Source of the DNA: Callorhinchus milii
Taxonomy: Eukaryota
Direction: 5' to 3'
Assembly: GCF_018977255.1 (NCBI RefSeq)
Contig: NW_024704746.1
Location: 4,464,001 to 4,528,000, forward strand
Length of the DNA: 64,000 nt
Part shown: piece after piece, positions 52,553 to 64,000 of the stretch
Layout: each line of letters begins with the position of its first letter
Position numbering within the stretch: the first letter of the stretch is position 1
Translations under genes and position numbers: made by a program
The notes under the pieces: model-generated
Seen by the model: the letters and a program-made list of their open reading frames with translations, nothing else
Database searches by the model: none
Told to the model about the DNA's origin: nothing

Positions 52553-53175
52553 GTGAGTGAGAGACAGAGAGACCCTGTGAGAGAAAGAAAGACAGTGTGT
52601 GAGAGAGAGACTGTGAGAGAGATTGTGTGTGTCAGACCCGTAGTTCTGGTTATTACCGTCAAGCGTTCTGGGAAGCTACCCTGAGTGAGGGGCGCAATAT
52701 AAATGCAAGTTGTTGTCCTCAGTGAGGTCCCCTAAGGATGCCCCTGTGTATGGCGACCTGTTACTGCACGTTATGGAGATATCACTTGTAACCTCGTCCA
52801 GTTGTTAATTCCTCTCTGACTAAGGAGATACTTCCTGATTTCTGTCCTGAATTTTCCCTTTACAATACTAAATCTGTGTCCTCTCATTCCAATGCCTCAT
52901 TGCATTCGAAAGTAATGATCGGGATTTACTTTTTCAATCCAGTTTAAAATAATAATAATCCTTACATTTGATACAGCGCCTTATCACAAAGTGCTTCACA
53001 GCATATACTGTAAAGTGGATTGACTGTGTATTCTCTGGGTGAAACGTGGCAGCCAATTGCATGGATTCAGTGATCCCAATTTTTTTTGAGGGATTATTAC
53101 CCCAGAAAGTGATACCCTAATCGGGTTCTAACAACTGGGTTCCTACTTACTGCTGGATAAACAGAGGTCTTGTGG

Positions 53176-53950
53176 AGTAACAACAAAATTACATTTGTAA
53201 AGCGCCTTTCACATTGGGAGGACGTCCCAAGGCGCTGTGCATTCAGGGATCATGACCCGAGCATGTGGGGAGACAAGGTTGGGATGAGGGAGGGCAGAGG
53301 GGATAGGAGGGCGGCCGAAGGCAGTCCAAAAGGGGGTATTGAGTCATGCCTTGAAGGAGGCAAGAGAGGGATCAAGGCGAAGGGAATATGGGATGGAGAT
53401 CCAGAGGGTGGGGGCAGAGAGGCTGACAGCCCGGCCGCTGATGATAGGGCGGGTCGAGCGGGAAACCTGGAGCAAAGCAGAGGGAGCGGACAGGTTGATA
53501 GGTCGGCAAATCAGAGAAATAGGAGGGGGCGAGGCCATGGAGGGCCTTAAAAGTGAGGACGAGGATTTTGAACTCTCTCTGAGGGATGGGAACCAGTGGA
53601 GCTAGGCGAGGGTGGGGGTGATGGGGTCACGGAGCCTGGTGCGGGAGAGGACATGAGCTGCAGAGTCCTGGATGATATCTGCAGCTTGTGGAGGAAAGAG
53701 TTGGGGAGGGTGACGAGGAGAGAGTTTCCGTAGTCAAGCCTTGAGGTGACAAATGCGTGTATGAGGGTTTCGGCGGCCAGAAGGGTGAGGAAGTGGCGGC
53801 GTCGGGCAATGTTGCGGAGGTGGGGGAAGGCAGAGCGGGTCATGGTACGGATATGGGGGAGAAAGGACAGTTGAGGGTCAAACAAGACTCCTAGGTTCCT
53901 AACTGGCTTGGTGAGGTGGAGTGTGCAACCGTGGATGCTGATGCTGCCAG
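53176..53950 (-). mobile_element. L2 LINE 3' portion in an SGF29 intron
   Basis: FDPQLSFLPHI..HLRNIARRRHFLT..ETLIHAFVTSRLDYGNSLL, with the tail at ~53176-53240. Confidence 0.85.
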
Positions 53951-54388
53951 AGTAAGGAAACTTGCCTTCGGTTTCGCTCTGCCCGAGAATCGAATCTTGC
54001 TTGCGAGGCGAGCGTTCTAACCACTGTGCAACAGGACTTCATAGTTGGTTGAGGTCCCCTCTGAATCATTTCTCAAAATCAAAGAGTACCCCCTTTGAGC
54101 TACACATTTCATTGCTTGTCCTCCTTCCTCTGCTCTCCTCTGTCTCTAACACTGGGATCAGCCTCACTGCTCTCCTCGGTCTCTAACATTGTCTAAACTT
54201 TGTGAAAAGTGAAGCTCGAAGGGGGGGGGGGGGACGCTTTGATTTTGAGAAATGATTCAGAGGGGACCTCAGTCAACCATGAAGTCCTGTTGCACAGTGG
54301 TTAGAACGCTCGCCTCGCAAGCAAGAGGACCCCGGTTCGATTCTCGGGCAGAGTGAAACCGAAGGCAAGTTTCCTTACTCTGGCAGCA
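53942..54388. repeat. Inverted repeat (foldback) with ~170-185-bp arms and a ~90-bp spacer
   Basis: 53942-54110 is the reverse complement of ~54203-54388; each arm includes a SINE tRNA-like head plus flank. Confidence 0.88.
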
Positions 54389-54505
54389 ACAGATTCCGTA
54401 TTTCAGTCAACTGATCGCTCACTCTCCCTTTTCTCTCTCTCACCACTCTCTTCTCTTCCCTCCTCTGCCCACTCCCCCTCTCTCTCCCTTCCCCTCTCTC
54501 TGCAG

Positions 54506-54668
54506 ACGCCACACGCTGAGCCGCAGACGGATTATCCCACTGCCCCAGTGGAAGGCGAACCCCGAGACAGACCCCGAGGCCCTGTTTCAGAAAGAGCAGC
54601 TGGTGCTGGCCCTGTACCCCCAGACCACCTGCTTCTACAGAGCTCTCATCCACAGCCCCCCGCAGCGG
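54506..54668 (+). CDS. SGF29: SGF29 coding exon 8
   Basis: RHTLSRRRIIPLPQWKANPETDPEALFQKEQLVLALYPQTTCFYRALIHSPPQR. Confidence 0.95.
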
Positions 54669-54802
54669 GTACGTGTGCGCGTGAGGCGTTGCGTGCGTGC
54701 CCGAGGTGCTGCGTGCGGGCCTGAGGCACTACACGCACATGCGTATACAGGCGCACACGCCGTCTCTCACACAGTCTCTCACACACAGCCTCTCTCTCTC
54801 AG

Positions 54803-54919
54803 CCACAGGAGGACTATTCGGTGCTGTTTGAAGACACCTCATACTCTGACGGCTACTCACCGCCCCTGAACGTGGCTCAGCGCTACGTGGTGGCTTGTAA
54901 AGATACCAAGAAAAAGTGA
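54803..54919 (+). CDS. SGF29: SGF29 terminal coding exon
   Basis: PQEDYSVLFEDTSYSDGYSPPLNVAQRYVVACKDTKKK-TGA; AATAAA at ~55130 and ~55222. Confidence 0.95.
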   Translation, partial: PQEDYSVLFEDTSYSDGYSPPLNVAQRYVVACKDTKKK

Positions 54920-56637
54920 CCCCCCGGGGTGTGTCAGCTCCCACTGTCTCTCTCCCCTTCTCTCTCTCTCTCCTCCTCCCGCTCTTTCTCTTTTTCTCTT
55001 TCCCCCCCCTCTTTTTCTCTCTCTCCCTCCTTGTCTCTCCCCACTCCTTGTCTCTCTCTCCCCCTCCTTTTCTATTTCCCCCCCCCCTTTCCTCGCCTCT
55101 CCTCCATCTCTGAAATCCCTCTCAGTAACAATAAACATTTTGCTTTTCACTTGTTGTGTTACACACTCCTGACACGCTTCCTTGAATGTTGGCTGCTGTA
55201 TGGATACCAATTAACTATATTAATAAAACGGCAATGTCTCTGTGGCTGTGTGTGCTTCAAGTAGGATCATAATAACCAAATGACGTAGAGACATGATTTA
55301 TACCTCATTGGAAACGTCTTGCAACTTGGAGTTTGTTTTCTAGTATCTCCTATCGTTCATGAGTTATGGCCTAAATATATATTTCAGTTTTCCACTGTGG
55401 TCATGCCCAATGGTCGCTGTGGCATTGTGCATCACAGAGCACGCATGTAACCAAGTGGCAGCAGCAATAAAACAGAGAACACAGACGAAGCTAAGCCGCG
55501 GCAACAACAGAATTACATTTTTAAAGTCTTTCACGTCGGGAGGACGTCCCAGTGATTATAAATGAAATATTGATATTTATCATTATAAAGATGCCTAAGC
55601 GAAAATCAAACCTTTCAAGGATAAGTAAAAATCCTCGACAAAAGACGGAAGGCCCATTAAATAAAACTGAAGAACAGAATAGCACGGCTGCACTTCAATG
55701 ACTGCAACAGCGCGCCAAATTGAGTTGCCCATTCAAAGAAATGAGTCTTCCCACAGGAGCCCTCCCACGTGAGTATAGATAAAGATGAAACGTCTATGTG
55801 TGTCAATCTACATTTCATATTGGATCCCTTGGTTACAAATATAACTGCAATGGGTACAGCTAATTTCTAAAAATCTCACATCTGACACAGCGCCTTTCAT
55901 CCCGGGAGGACACTTTACAGGTCTCGCTGTATAGTGTAGTGACTGTTTAAGATGGCCAATATGCACATAGCAATGTACCTGCAAATACTCGTGAAATGTG
56001 CAAACACTTTTATCTGTCAGCTGGGTTTAACGTCTCGTCTGAAGGACAGCGTCTCTGACAATGTGGCGATCTCTCCCACAGCTGGAACATCAGCTTAGAT
56101 AGTATGAGTCCACATCCCAACGTGGGGCTTAAACCCACAACCTCCTGACTTGGGGGCGAGAGCGTGAGCGACTGAGCCAAGGACTGAAAGAGAGACTTAG
56201 AGAGAATGAGACGGACTGAGCCATAGACAGAGAGTGAGCTAGAGAGAACAAGAGGGACTGAGCCACAGACAGAGCGAGAGGGATTGAGCCAGGCTGGGAG
56301 GACACAAATGTCAATTTTAATTGGTTGGTTGGTATGGTTATGTTCCTGGTATTTCACAATGATTTTTGTAAACAGGTCTTGCGTGTGAGCTGCATTCTCC
56401 AGTTCGGGCCTGAACAATAAGATAAGAGAGTGAGTCAGAGTTTGTTGTTATCTCACCTTTGTACTTGCATAAATCTGTCCTCACCCTCTGCTCAGGCAGT
56501 CCATCTCCACTGACGTATCCACTCCGAGGGAAACTACCAGATTTAAAGAAATCTGCGCTGAAGGAATCTGTGAGTCAGTGTCTCTCAGTCTCACTCTTTC
56601 AGTCACTCTCTCTGTTTCTGTGTCTCTCTCTTGGACA

Positions 56638-56782
56638 ATGGATCTGTCAGTGATCAGGAAATCACAGCTGATCCCGTTCCGTGGAGTTCCTCTCCCAAAT
56701 TATTTTCTGAAAAACATGGAAAAGGTTGGAGAGTTCGAGGCGGATAAGACTGATGTTCTGATCGCAACCTACCCGAAGGCAG
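56638..56782 (+). CDS. SULT1 copy B coding exon 1
   Basis: MDLSVIRKSQLIPFRGVPLPNYFLKNMEKVGEFEADKTDVLIATYPKAG; paralog of copy A. Confidence 0.88.
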
Positions 56783-57369
56783 GTCAGTACATTTCTCTTT
56801 TACTCTCTGGTTCCCTGTCTATCTCAGGGTGGACGTTAAAGTACTCCACACCGCTGACGGGAAAGAGAATGGGAAAGAAAGACTCCTTAATGGCCTTGCT
56901 CTAATTTTAAGATGATGGCGCCTTGTTCTGAATTTCCCCAAACAGAGAAATTGGGTTCTCTGTATCTACCCTATCGAATCCCTTTATTATTTTAAACACC
57001 TCAATCAGATAGATCACCACTCAACCTTACACACTCAAGGGAATACAGACCCAAGTTTATGCAACATGTCCTTATAACTTAAGCCTTTAAGCCTTAGGTG
57101 TCTCAACCATGCCAGAGTCAGTCACTCATTCCTGGTTATCTCCAATGCTCGGTAACTGGGATGTCGAATCTGGTTCTGTCTACACTGCAAGAACTACAAT
57201 GTCGACAGCTGCTCTTTAAGCGATTAACTCCTTTCCTTGTCTTAGAAATTTACAGAGACTCGAGGATACAGATGGTCAACACAACAGCTCTTTATTAAGA
57301 CCTAGTAAACAGCCGGTTATGATCTACATGGTCTTTCCCCTTTAGAATCTTAGAGACAGCAGAGACAGC

Positions 57370-58050
57370 AATCATATCGCCTCTCAATCTTCTCTTTTCC
57401 AGCGTCAACAAGCCCAATTTACTCATCAATCATTCATTATAGTCCAGTCCCACTTGTCACATCCCACCAATCAGAGAATGTTCCTTTTATCCCTCCTCTC
57501 TGTTTCCTGCCTCCAAACCAATTTCCAACCACGTCGCAAGGTTACCTCCAATTCCATGCGCTTTCATCTTTGCTAATAACCTCCTGTGTGGAACTTCATC
57601 AAATGCCTCCTGAAAGTCCATGTAGATGACATCCATAGACACTCTCTTATCCACCATATTAGTGACCTCCTCAAAAAATTCAATTGGATTCCTCAGACAT
57701 GACCTACACTTCACAAATCCATGCTGACTCCCTTTGCTTAGCTCATACTTGTCTAAGTGCTCAGTCACTCTGTCCCCAACGAGAGATTCCAGTAACTTCC
57801 CCATGACTGAAGTTAAGCTGACAGGTCTGTAGTTACCTGGTTTCTCTCCCCCCTTCTTAAATAATGGGATGATATTTGCAATTTTCTAATCCAAGGGCAC
57901 CATACCCAAATATATAGAGCTTTGGAAAATGATGATTAGCACATCTGCAATTTTCTCTCCAATTTCTTCTAATACCCTGGGGGTGGAATCCATCCGGTTC
58001 TGCAGATTTATCTATCTTTAGTCGCATTATTTTCTCCATTACCATTTTTA
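57370..58050 (-). mobile_element. CR1 RT fragment in SULT copy B intron 1 (partial copy at 34515-34870)
   Basis: [29 protein letters not shown]. Confidence 0.8.
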
Positions 58051-58664
58051 ATTTATATTAAATTAATTTAGTACTTCTCTTTGTCAAATGGCTCTGTTTC
58101 GTTAGGATTCTGGGGAAAAACCTCAGATTATCTTAGTTAATGATTGACTTGACAATCCCAATATCGGTGAAACAGTTGTAGAATCATTTATACACACAGT
58201 ACATAAGCATTAATTAACAGAAAAAATATTACCCGTTCCAAGCTCTGGTCAGCAGCCCAGACCTTGAGGTCACCAGGACCTCAGTTCTACTGTGTTGCAA
58301 CTGCCTTTATACCCGGAGACTTTATACCCTGAGATGAAAATCTTAACGCCTATTGCTTATTTTCCCAGTATTCAACTTCTCTTAATTTATTATTAAATCA
58401 TAAAGCTTTTCTATCTCATCTCTAGTGCCTGTTAAATCATTAAGGTGAGTCAGCGCCTGTTTGTGTGACGTCGCTGTATGCAATTGGCTGCCGGGTTTCG
58501 CCCACAAAATACACAGCCACAACACTTTACAGTTTTTCTTATGAATCGCTTTTAGATGTCTCGATGATGTTATAAGGTACTATATCAAATGCAACCTTTA
58601 TTAGGGTATTATTGGTATTAATAATAACAATTATGTTAATGTTACTGTCTCTGGCTGGGATCAG

Positions 58665-58790
58665 GCACGACCTGGATGCAGGAGATAGTGGACTGTGTGC
58701 TCCATGGAGGGGATGTGAGGCAGTGTGAACAAAGCCCCATCCATTACCGCAGCCCCTTTCTTGAAGCCTCCTACCCAGGAATACGCACTG
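58665..58790 (+). CDS. SULT1 copy B coding exon 2
   Basis: GTTWMQEIVD...RSPFLEASYPGIRT, bounded by ag/gt. Confidence 0.88.
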
Positions 58791-59239
58791 GTCAGTCTGC
58801 CCTGCTTGTCCTCTTGTAGTCTGTTTCTCTCTGTCTCTCTCTTGCTGCCTATCCCTCTCTGTCTCTCACTCTTAGTCTCTGTGTCACTCCCTCTCTGTGT
58901 CACGTTCTCTGTCTCACTCACTCTCTCTGGCTGTTTCTCTATCTGTGTTTCACTCACACTCTCTGTGTGTCTCCCTCTCGCTGTCTCACTCTATGTCTCT
59001 GTCTCAGTCACCCTCTCTTTGTCTCATTCACTCTCTTGTTGTGTCACTCACTCTCAATCACTCTCTCTGTGACTCACTCTCTCTCTAACTCACTCACTCT
59101 AACTCACTCACTCTAACTCACTCACTCTAACTCACTCACTATCTTGTGCTCTCTCTCTCTCTCTGATTCACTCACTCTCTTGTGCTCTCTGTCTGTCTCT
59201 CGCTCTCTCTGTCTCACTCACTCTCTCCGTCTCTCTCAG

Positions 59240-59337
59240 GGCTAGAATTACTTGCTGAGATTCCATCTCCAAAACCGATTAAGACGCATCTCCCGTTCCA
59301 GCTCATTCCCACATCCTTTCTTCAAAAACAGTGCAAG
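59240..59337 (+). CDS. SULT1 copy B coding exon 3
   Basis: Identical to copy A exon 3. Confidence 0.88.
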
Positions 59338-59574
59338 GTAAACATCTCCCCTTGCTCCCTCCCTACTCCCTCCACCTCTCACACTCTGTCTCTCCTTTCT
59401 CACACTCCATCTCTCTCACACTCTCCTCTCTGTCTGACTCTCCTGTCTCACACAGACTCTTTCTCCTTTCTCACACTCCTTCTCCCACACTCTCCTCTGT
59501 CACACATAGACCTTCTGTGCCTCTCTCTCACTCTCTGTCTCACACACCCTCTCTCCGTGTCTCTCTCTCACTAG

Positions 59575-59701
59575 ATCATTTATTGCGCTCGAAACGCCAA
59601 GGATAATGTGGTTTCGTCTTTCCACTTCGACCGAATGAGCAAGTTGAAGCCGGATCCCGGGCCCTGGGAGGAATTTTTACAGAAATTCCTGACGGGAAAT
59701 G
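59575..59701 (+). CDS. SULT1 copy B coding exon 4
   Basis: [42 protein letters not shown]. Confidence 0.88.
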
Positions 59702-59820
59702 GTCAGTTCTTCCCACGTGGGTGGTGGTGAGGTACTCTCGTTCCATCCCTCTCTCCATCTCTCCGTCTCTCTCTATCTCTTTCCATTTCTCCATCTCTTT
59801 CCATCTCTCCCCATCCCCGT

Positions 59821-60142
59821 GGAGTCCTGTAGCTCAGTGGTTAGAGTACTCGTTTTGCAAGCGAGAGACCTGAGTTCAATTCCAGGCAGAGGGCGAAACC
59901 TTGGGCAAGTTTCCTTACTCCACACGCCTAATAATAATCCCTCCAAAAAACAAAAACAATAATTAAATTGGTCATTTTCAATCTACGACTGTTTGTGGGA
60001 CATTGCTGTGCGCAATTGGCTGCCGCGTTCGCCCACAAATATACAGTCAATTCACTTTACAGTGTGTTCTGTGAAACGCTTTGGGACGTCCTCCCGACGT
60101 GAAAAGCGCTATATCAAAATGCAAGGATTATTATTATTATTA
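59821..60142 (+). mobile_element. tRNA-derived SINE, full length, present only in SULT copy B
   Basis: Intact A and B boxes, core and (ATT)n tail; absent from the paralogous intron at 36538-36658. Confidence 0.9.
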
Positions 60143-60348
60143 TCTCTCCATCTCTTTCCATCTCACCATCTCTTTCCATCTCTCCATGTCTTTCCATCTC
60201 TTTCCATCCCTCCATCTCTTTCCATCCCTCCATCTCTTTCCATCCCTCCATCTCTTTCCATCCCTCCATCTCTTTCCATCCCTCCATCTCTTTGTGTCTC
60301 TCTATACACGTAACAACTTTTTAAACACGTGTTTCCTCCCCTGTTCAG

Positions 60349-60443
60349 TCATGTATGGGTTGTGGCATGATCACGTGAAGGGATGGTGGGAGCAGAGAGG
60401 AAACTTTCCCATTCTCTACATGTTCTATGAAGACATGAAGGAG
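60349..60443 (+). CDS. SULT1 copy B coding exon 5
   Basis: [32 protein letters not shown]. Confidence 0.88.
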
Positions 60444-61266
60444 GTAAAGACTGGGGTCGGAGGTCACAATGTTTCAGATCCTCTAACACACACACACTGC
60501 CGGTCCACACTCCCAGGTCAGGGTTAGATCCAACCACTGACCATACATTGTCCCAAACGCAGCCGAAGCCCTCGTCCATGTGTTTATCACTTCCCGCCTC
60601 AACTGTTCAAATGCATTCCTCTGTAATCTCCCCCCAAAATCCAGTAAGTCCAAAACTCCACCACCCGCAAACTCACCCCCATTAAACTCCATACCTCCAT
60701 CACACCAGCCTCACCAGGATCCACTGGCTGCCTATCACTGAACGATTTCAAAATCCTCACACTCATTTTCAAATCCCTTCATTCCTCTGCTCAGCTGGCT
60801 CCGGCCTGGACATCCCTCATGCCCCGAGTTCCACCATCAGTGGCCGCACTTACAGCCACTGCATCCGGAAACTCTGGAACACTCCCTCTGTTGGTCTATT
60901 GCTCCCCCTTGTCCCCTCCTTCCCTATCTTCAGATCACACCTGAAGACCTTCCTCTTCAACTATCTTTACAGTCACCTCTCCATGGTTTGGTGACGTGCT
61001 CCACCACTGTCAAGCTCACTGGGACACAACCCTGCGTGAGGGACGCTATATAAATGCAAGTTATTGCTCTCTCTACATGTCTGTCCACATCCCAGGGGAA
61101 GAGAAGGCAGTTTCTCTCTCCCAGTGTTTTGGCCAATAATCCTGCAGATTGAGGACTCTGGCTCCCTGGTTACTGCTAATTTGGTGATTAGCTACCAAAT
61201 TGGCCTGTGTTGTTGCTCACTAAATCTAAATCGGCCAGCTTATTTCACTGCCCAGTTTCGCAACAA

Positions 61267-61447
61267 GACCCGAGGCGAGAAATCAAGCGGGTGGCTGAGT
61301 TTCTGGGCAAGGAGCTAGGCAGCAAGGAACTGGACACCATCGTTGCTCACACCAGCTTCAACGCCATGAAGCTCAACCCAATGACCAACCATTCAAATGT
61401 TCCACTTGATGTGTTGGACCAAAGAATATCTTCATTCATGAGGAAAG
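61267..61447 (+). CDS. SULT1 copy B coding exon 6 (canonical AG acceptor mutated to AA)
   Basis: DPRREIKRVAEF...MTNHSNVPLDVLDQRISSFMRK, preceded by caacaa where copy A has caacag. Confidence 0.7.
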
Positions 61448-61931
61448 GTGAGAGGATGCGTCTTAGATCATGATGGTACACAAGGAATCAGTGTCAGCCT
61501 ATGGCTCAGTCAACTCACTTGCTCTCTCAGTCTGTTGCTCAGTCCCTCACTCTCTCTCTTGTCTCAGTCTTTCAGACTTTGGCTCAGTCGCTTGTGCTCT
61601 CGCTTCTGGTTGTGAGTTTGAGTCCCTTGTCAGGATTTTGAATCACAGTCTAAGCTGACACTGCAGTGCTGTGGGAGAAAGCTCCACATTCTTGGAGAGA
61701 CCTTAAACTCCACTCCCTGTCTGTGCCCTGTTCAGCACAGACATAAAAGATCTCCCATGGTGCTGCCAAGGGGAAAAGAGAGGAGAGTTTCTCTCTCTTC
61801 TCTCTCTCTCTCCGGTGTCCTGGATGACAATTGCCTAAATGGGACATTGCAGTGTGAAAACTGTCTGCTTTGTTTCGCCCACAAAATACACAGACACTAC
61901 ACTTTACAGCATATCCTGTGAAGCGCTTTGA

Positions 61932-62156
<225 letters not shown>

Positions 62157-62242
62157 TGTGTATTCCCTCCCGGAGCGCCTCCACCCACCCTATGCCCCTC
62201 CCTCCTGGAGTCCCTCCCCGTCACCCCCTCCCTCCCTCCTTA

Positions 62243-64000
62243 ACATAACAAACATGTAGGAACAGGAGTAGGCCATTCGAGCCTGCCCTGCCATTCAATC
62301 ATGGCTGATCTTCTAATCTAACTCCAGCTAATAACCTGACCCTGCCTTATCCCCATATCCCTTTTGCAATAAGAAATCTATCTGTCTCAGTGTTGAATAT
62401 GTTCAAGGACTGAGCGTCAACAGCCCTTTGGGGTAGCGAGTTCCATACATTCACCACCCTTTGAGTGAAGAATTTCTTCCTCAACTCAGAGTGAAAGGGT
62501 TGGCCTCTGTTTTTAACATTGTAACCCCTGGTTTTAGTTTCTCCAACCAGGGGAAACAATCTCCCACTATCTACTCTATCATACCCTTTGATGATCTTAT
62601 AGGTTTCTATAAGATCCCCTCTAATTCTTCTATATTCTAGAGAATATAGGCCCAAATTGGTCAGCCTATCCTTGTAACTCATCCCCTTCATCCCTGGTAC
62701 TAACCTAGTAAATCTACGCTGCACCCCCTCCAAGGCAAGTACATCCTTCCTTAAATAAGGAGACCAAAACTGCATACAGTATTCCAGGTGTGGTCTCACC
62801 AGGGCCCTATACAGTTGAAGCAAGACTTCCCTACTCTTATACTCTAATCCTTTCATAATGAATGCTAACATACCGTTCGCCTTCCTAATTGCTGCTGCAC
62901 CTACAGACTAACTTTCTGTGATTGGTGTACAAGGACACCCAAGTCCCTCTGGACGCTAACACATTCTAATCTCTCCCCTTCTAAAAAATAACCCGCTCTA
63001 CTGTTTTGCTACCTAGGTGGATGACTTCGCACTTCCCTATATTATACTTCATCTGCCACCTACCTGCCCAATCACCTAACCTATCTATGTCTTGCTGCAT
63101 TTTTTTAATGTTGTCCTCAGTGTAGACATTTCCTCCTAGTTTTGTGTCATCCGCGAATTTAGATATATTAACTTTGATGTCCTCATCTAAATTGTTGATG
63201 TAGATGGTAAATAGCTGAGGCCCAAGGACTTGTGGCACTCCACTAGTCACATCCCACCAATCTGAAAAGGATCCGTTTATCCCTACTCTTCGTTTCCTAC
63301 CCGTTTACCATTCCCCAATCCACGTTAATATGCTCCCCCCAATTCCATGGGCCCTTATCTTTTGGACTAACCTTTTATGTGGCAGCTTATTGAATGCCTT
63401 CTGGAAGTCCAAATAGACCACATCCACTGATTCACCCTTATCTAGTTTACAGGAAATGTCCTCAAAAAAATTCTATGAGATTTGTCAAACATGACTTCCC
63501 TTTTGTAAAGCCATGTTGACTTGGCCTAATTATATTGTGTTCCCCTAAATACCGCACTACCACATCCTTAATCAACGATTCTAAAAATTTTCCTATCGCT
63601 GATGTGAGACTAACTGGCCTATAGTTCCCCATCTTTTCCTTTCCACCTTTTTTAAATAGTGGTGTGACATTAGCGATCTTCCAATCCATAGGGACTGTTC
63701 CAGAATCCAAGGAATTTTGGAAGATCAGACATAAGGCCTCCACTATCTCATAAGCTCCTCTTTTAAAACCCTGGGATACAAGCCACCCGGACCAGGGGAT
63801 TTGTCACTTTTTAGTGCTAACAGTTTCCTAGCACCAATTCTCTACTCATGAAAATTTCCCTAAGTTGCTCCCTATCCTTATCCATTTGGTGCATCTCTAT
63901 TGTTGGCAGACTTGTTATGTCTTCTAGGGTGACAAAGTACCCATTTAGGGACGCTGCCATGTCCTTGTCCCCCATTACAACTTCTCCCGTCTCTGACTGT
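62243..64000 (-). mobile_element. CR1 LINE running off the window
   Basis: DWKIANVTPLFKKG..NYRPVSLTS..SGVPQ..KFADDTKL..LYRALVRPHLEYC..LEGVQRRFTR, frameshifted. Confidence 0.92.

Overview
This is eukaryotic, intron-rich vertebrate DNA. The CR1/L2 LINEs and tRNA-derived Deu-type SINEs suggest a cartilaginous fish (inference). Almost all ORF-track entries are repeat or low-complexity noise; the real genes were rebuilt exon by exon. Left to right: the first coding exon and CpG-rich promoter of MFSD14A/HIAT1 (-); a complete 7-coding-exon SLC35A3 (-, 325 aa) with a promoter containing tandem repeats at ~27.7 kb; a truncated hAT/Charlie transposon; then a segmental duplication. Copy A (~29.6-38.5 kb) carries only the last exon of SGF29 plus an intact SULT1-type sulfotransferase (301 aa). 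Copy B (~45.0-62.2 kb) carries the complete SGF29 (293 aa) plus a second SULT1 paralog whose coding exon 6 acceptor is mutated. An intact PRY-SPRY (B30.2) terminal exon with no visible 5' gene body lies between the copies. Most interesting: SULT paralog differences concentrated in the substrate-binding loops against near-identical introns, complex duplication junctions, a 51-bp copy of SLC35A3 coding sequence in its own intron, a foldback and a SINE-derived 3' splice site in SGF29, and a degenerate Penelope-type hammerhead motif. No prokaryote-type system (CRISPR, operons) is present.
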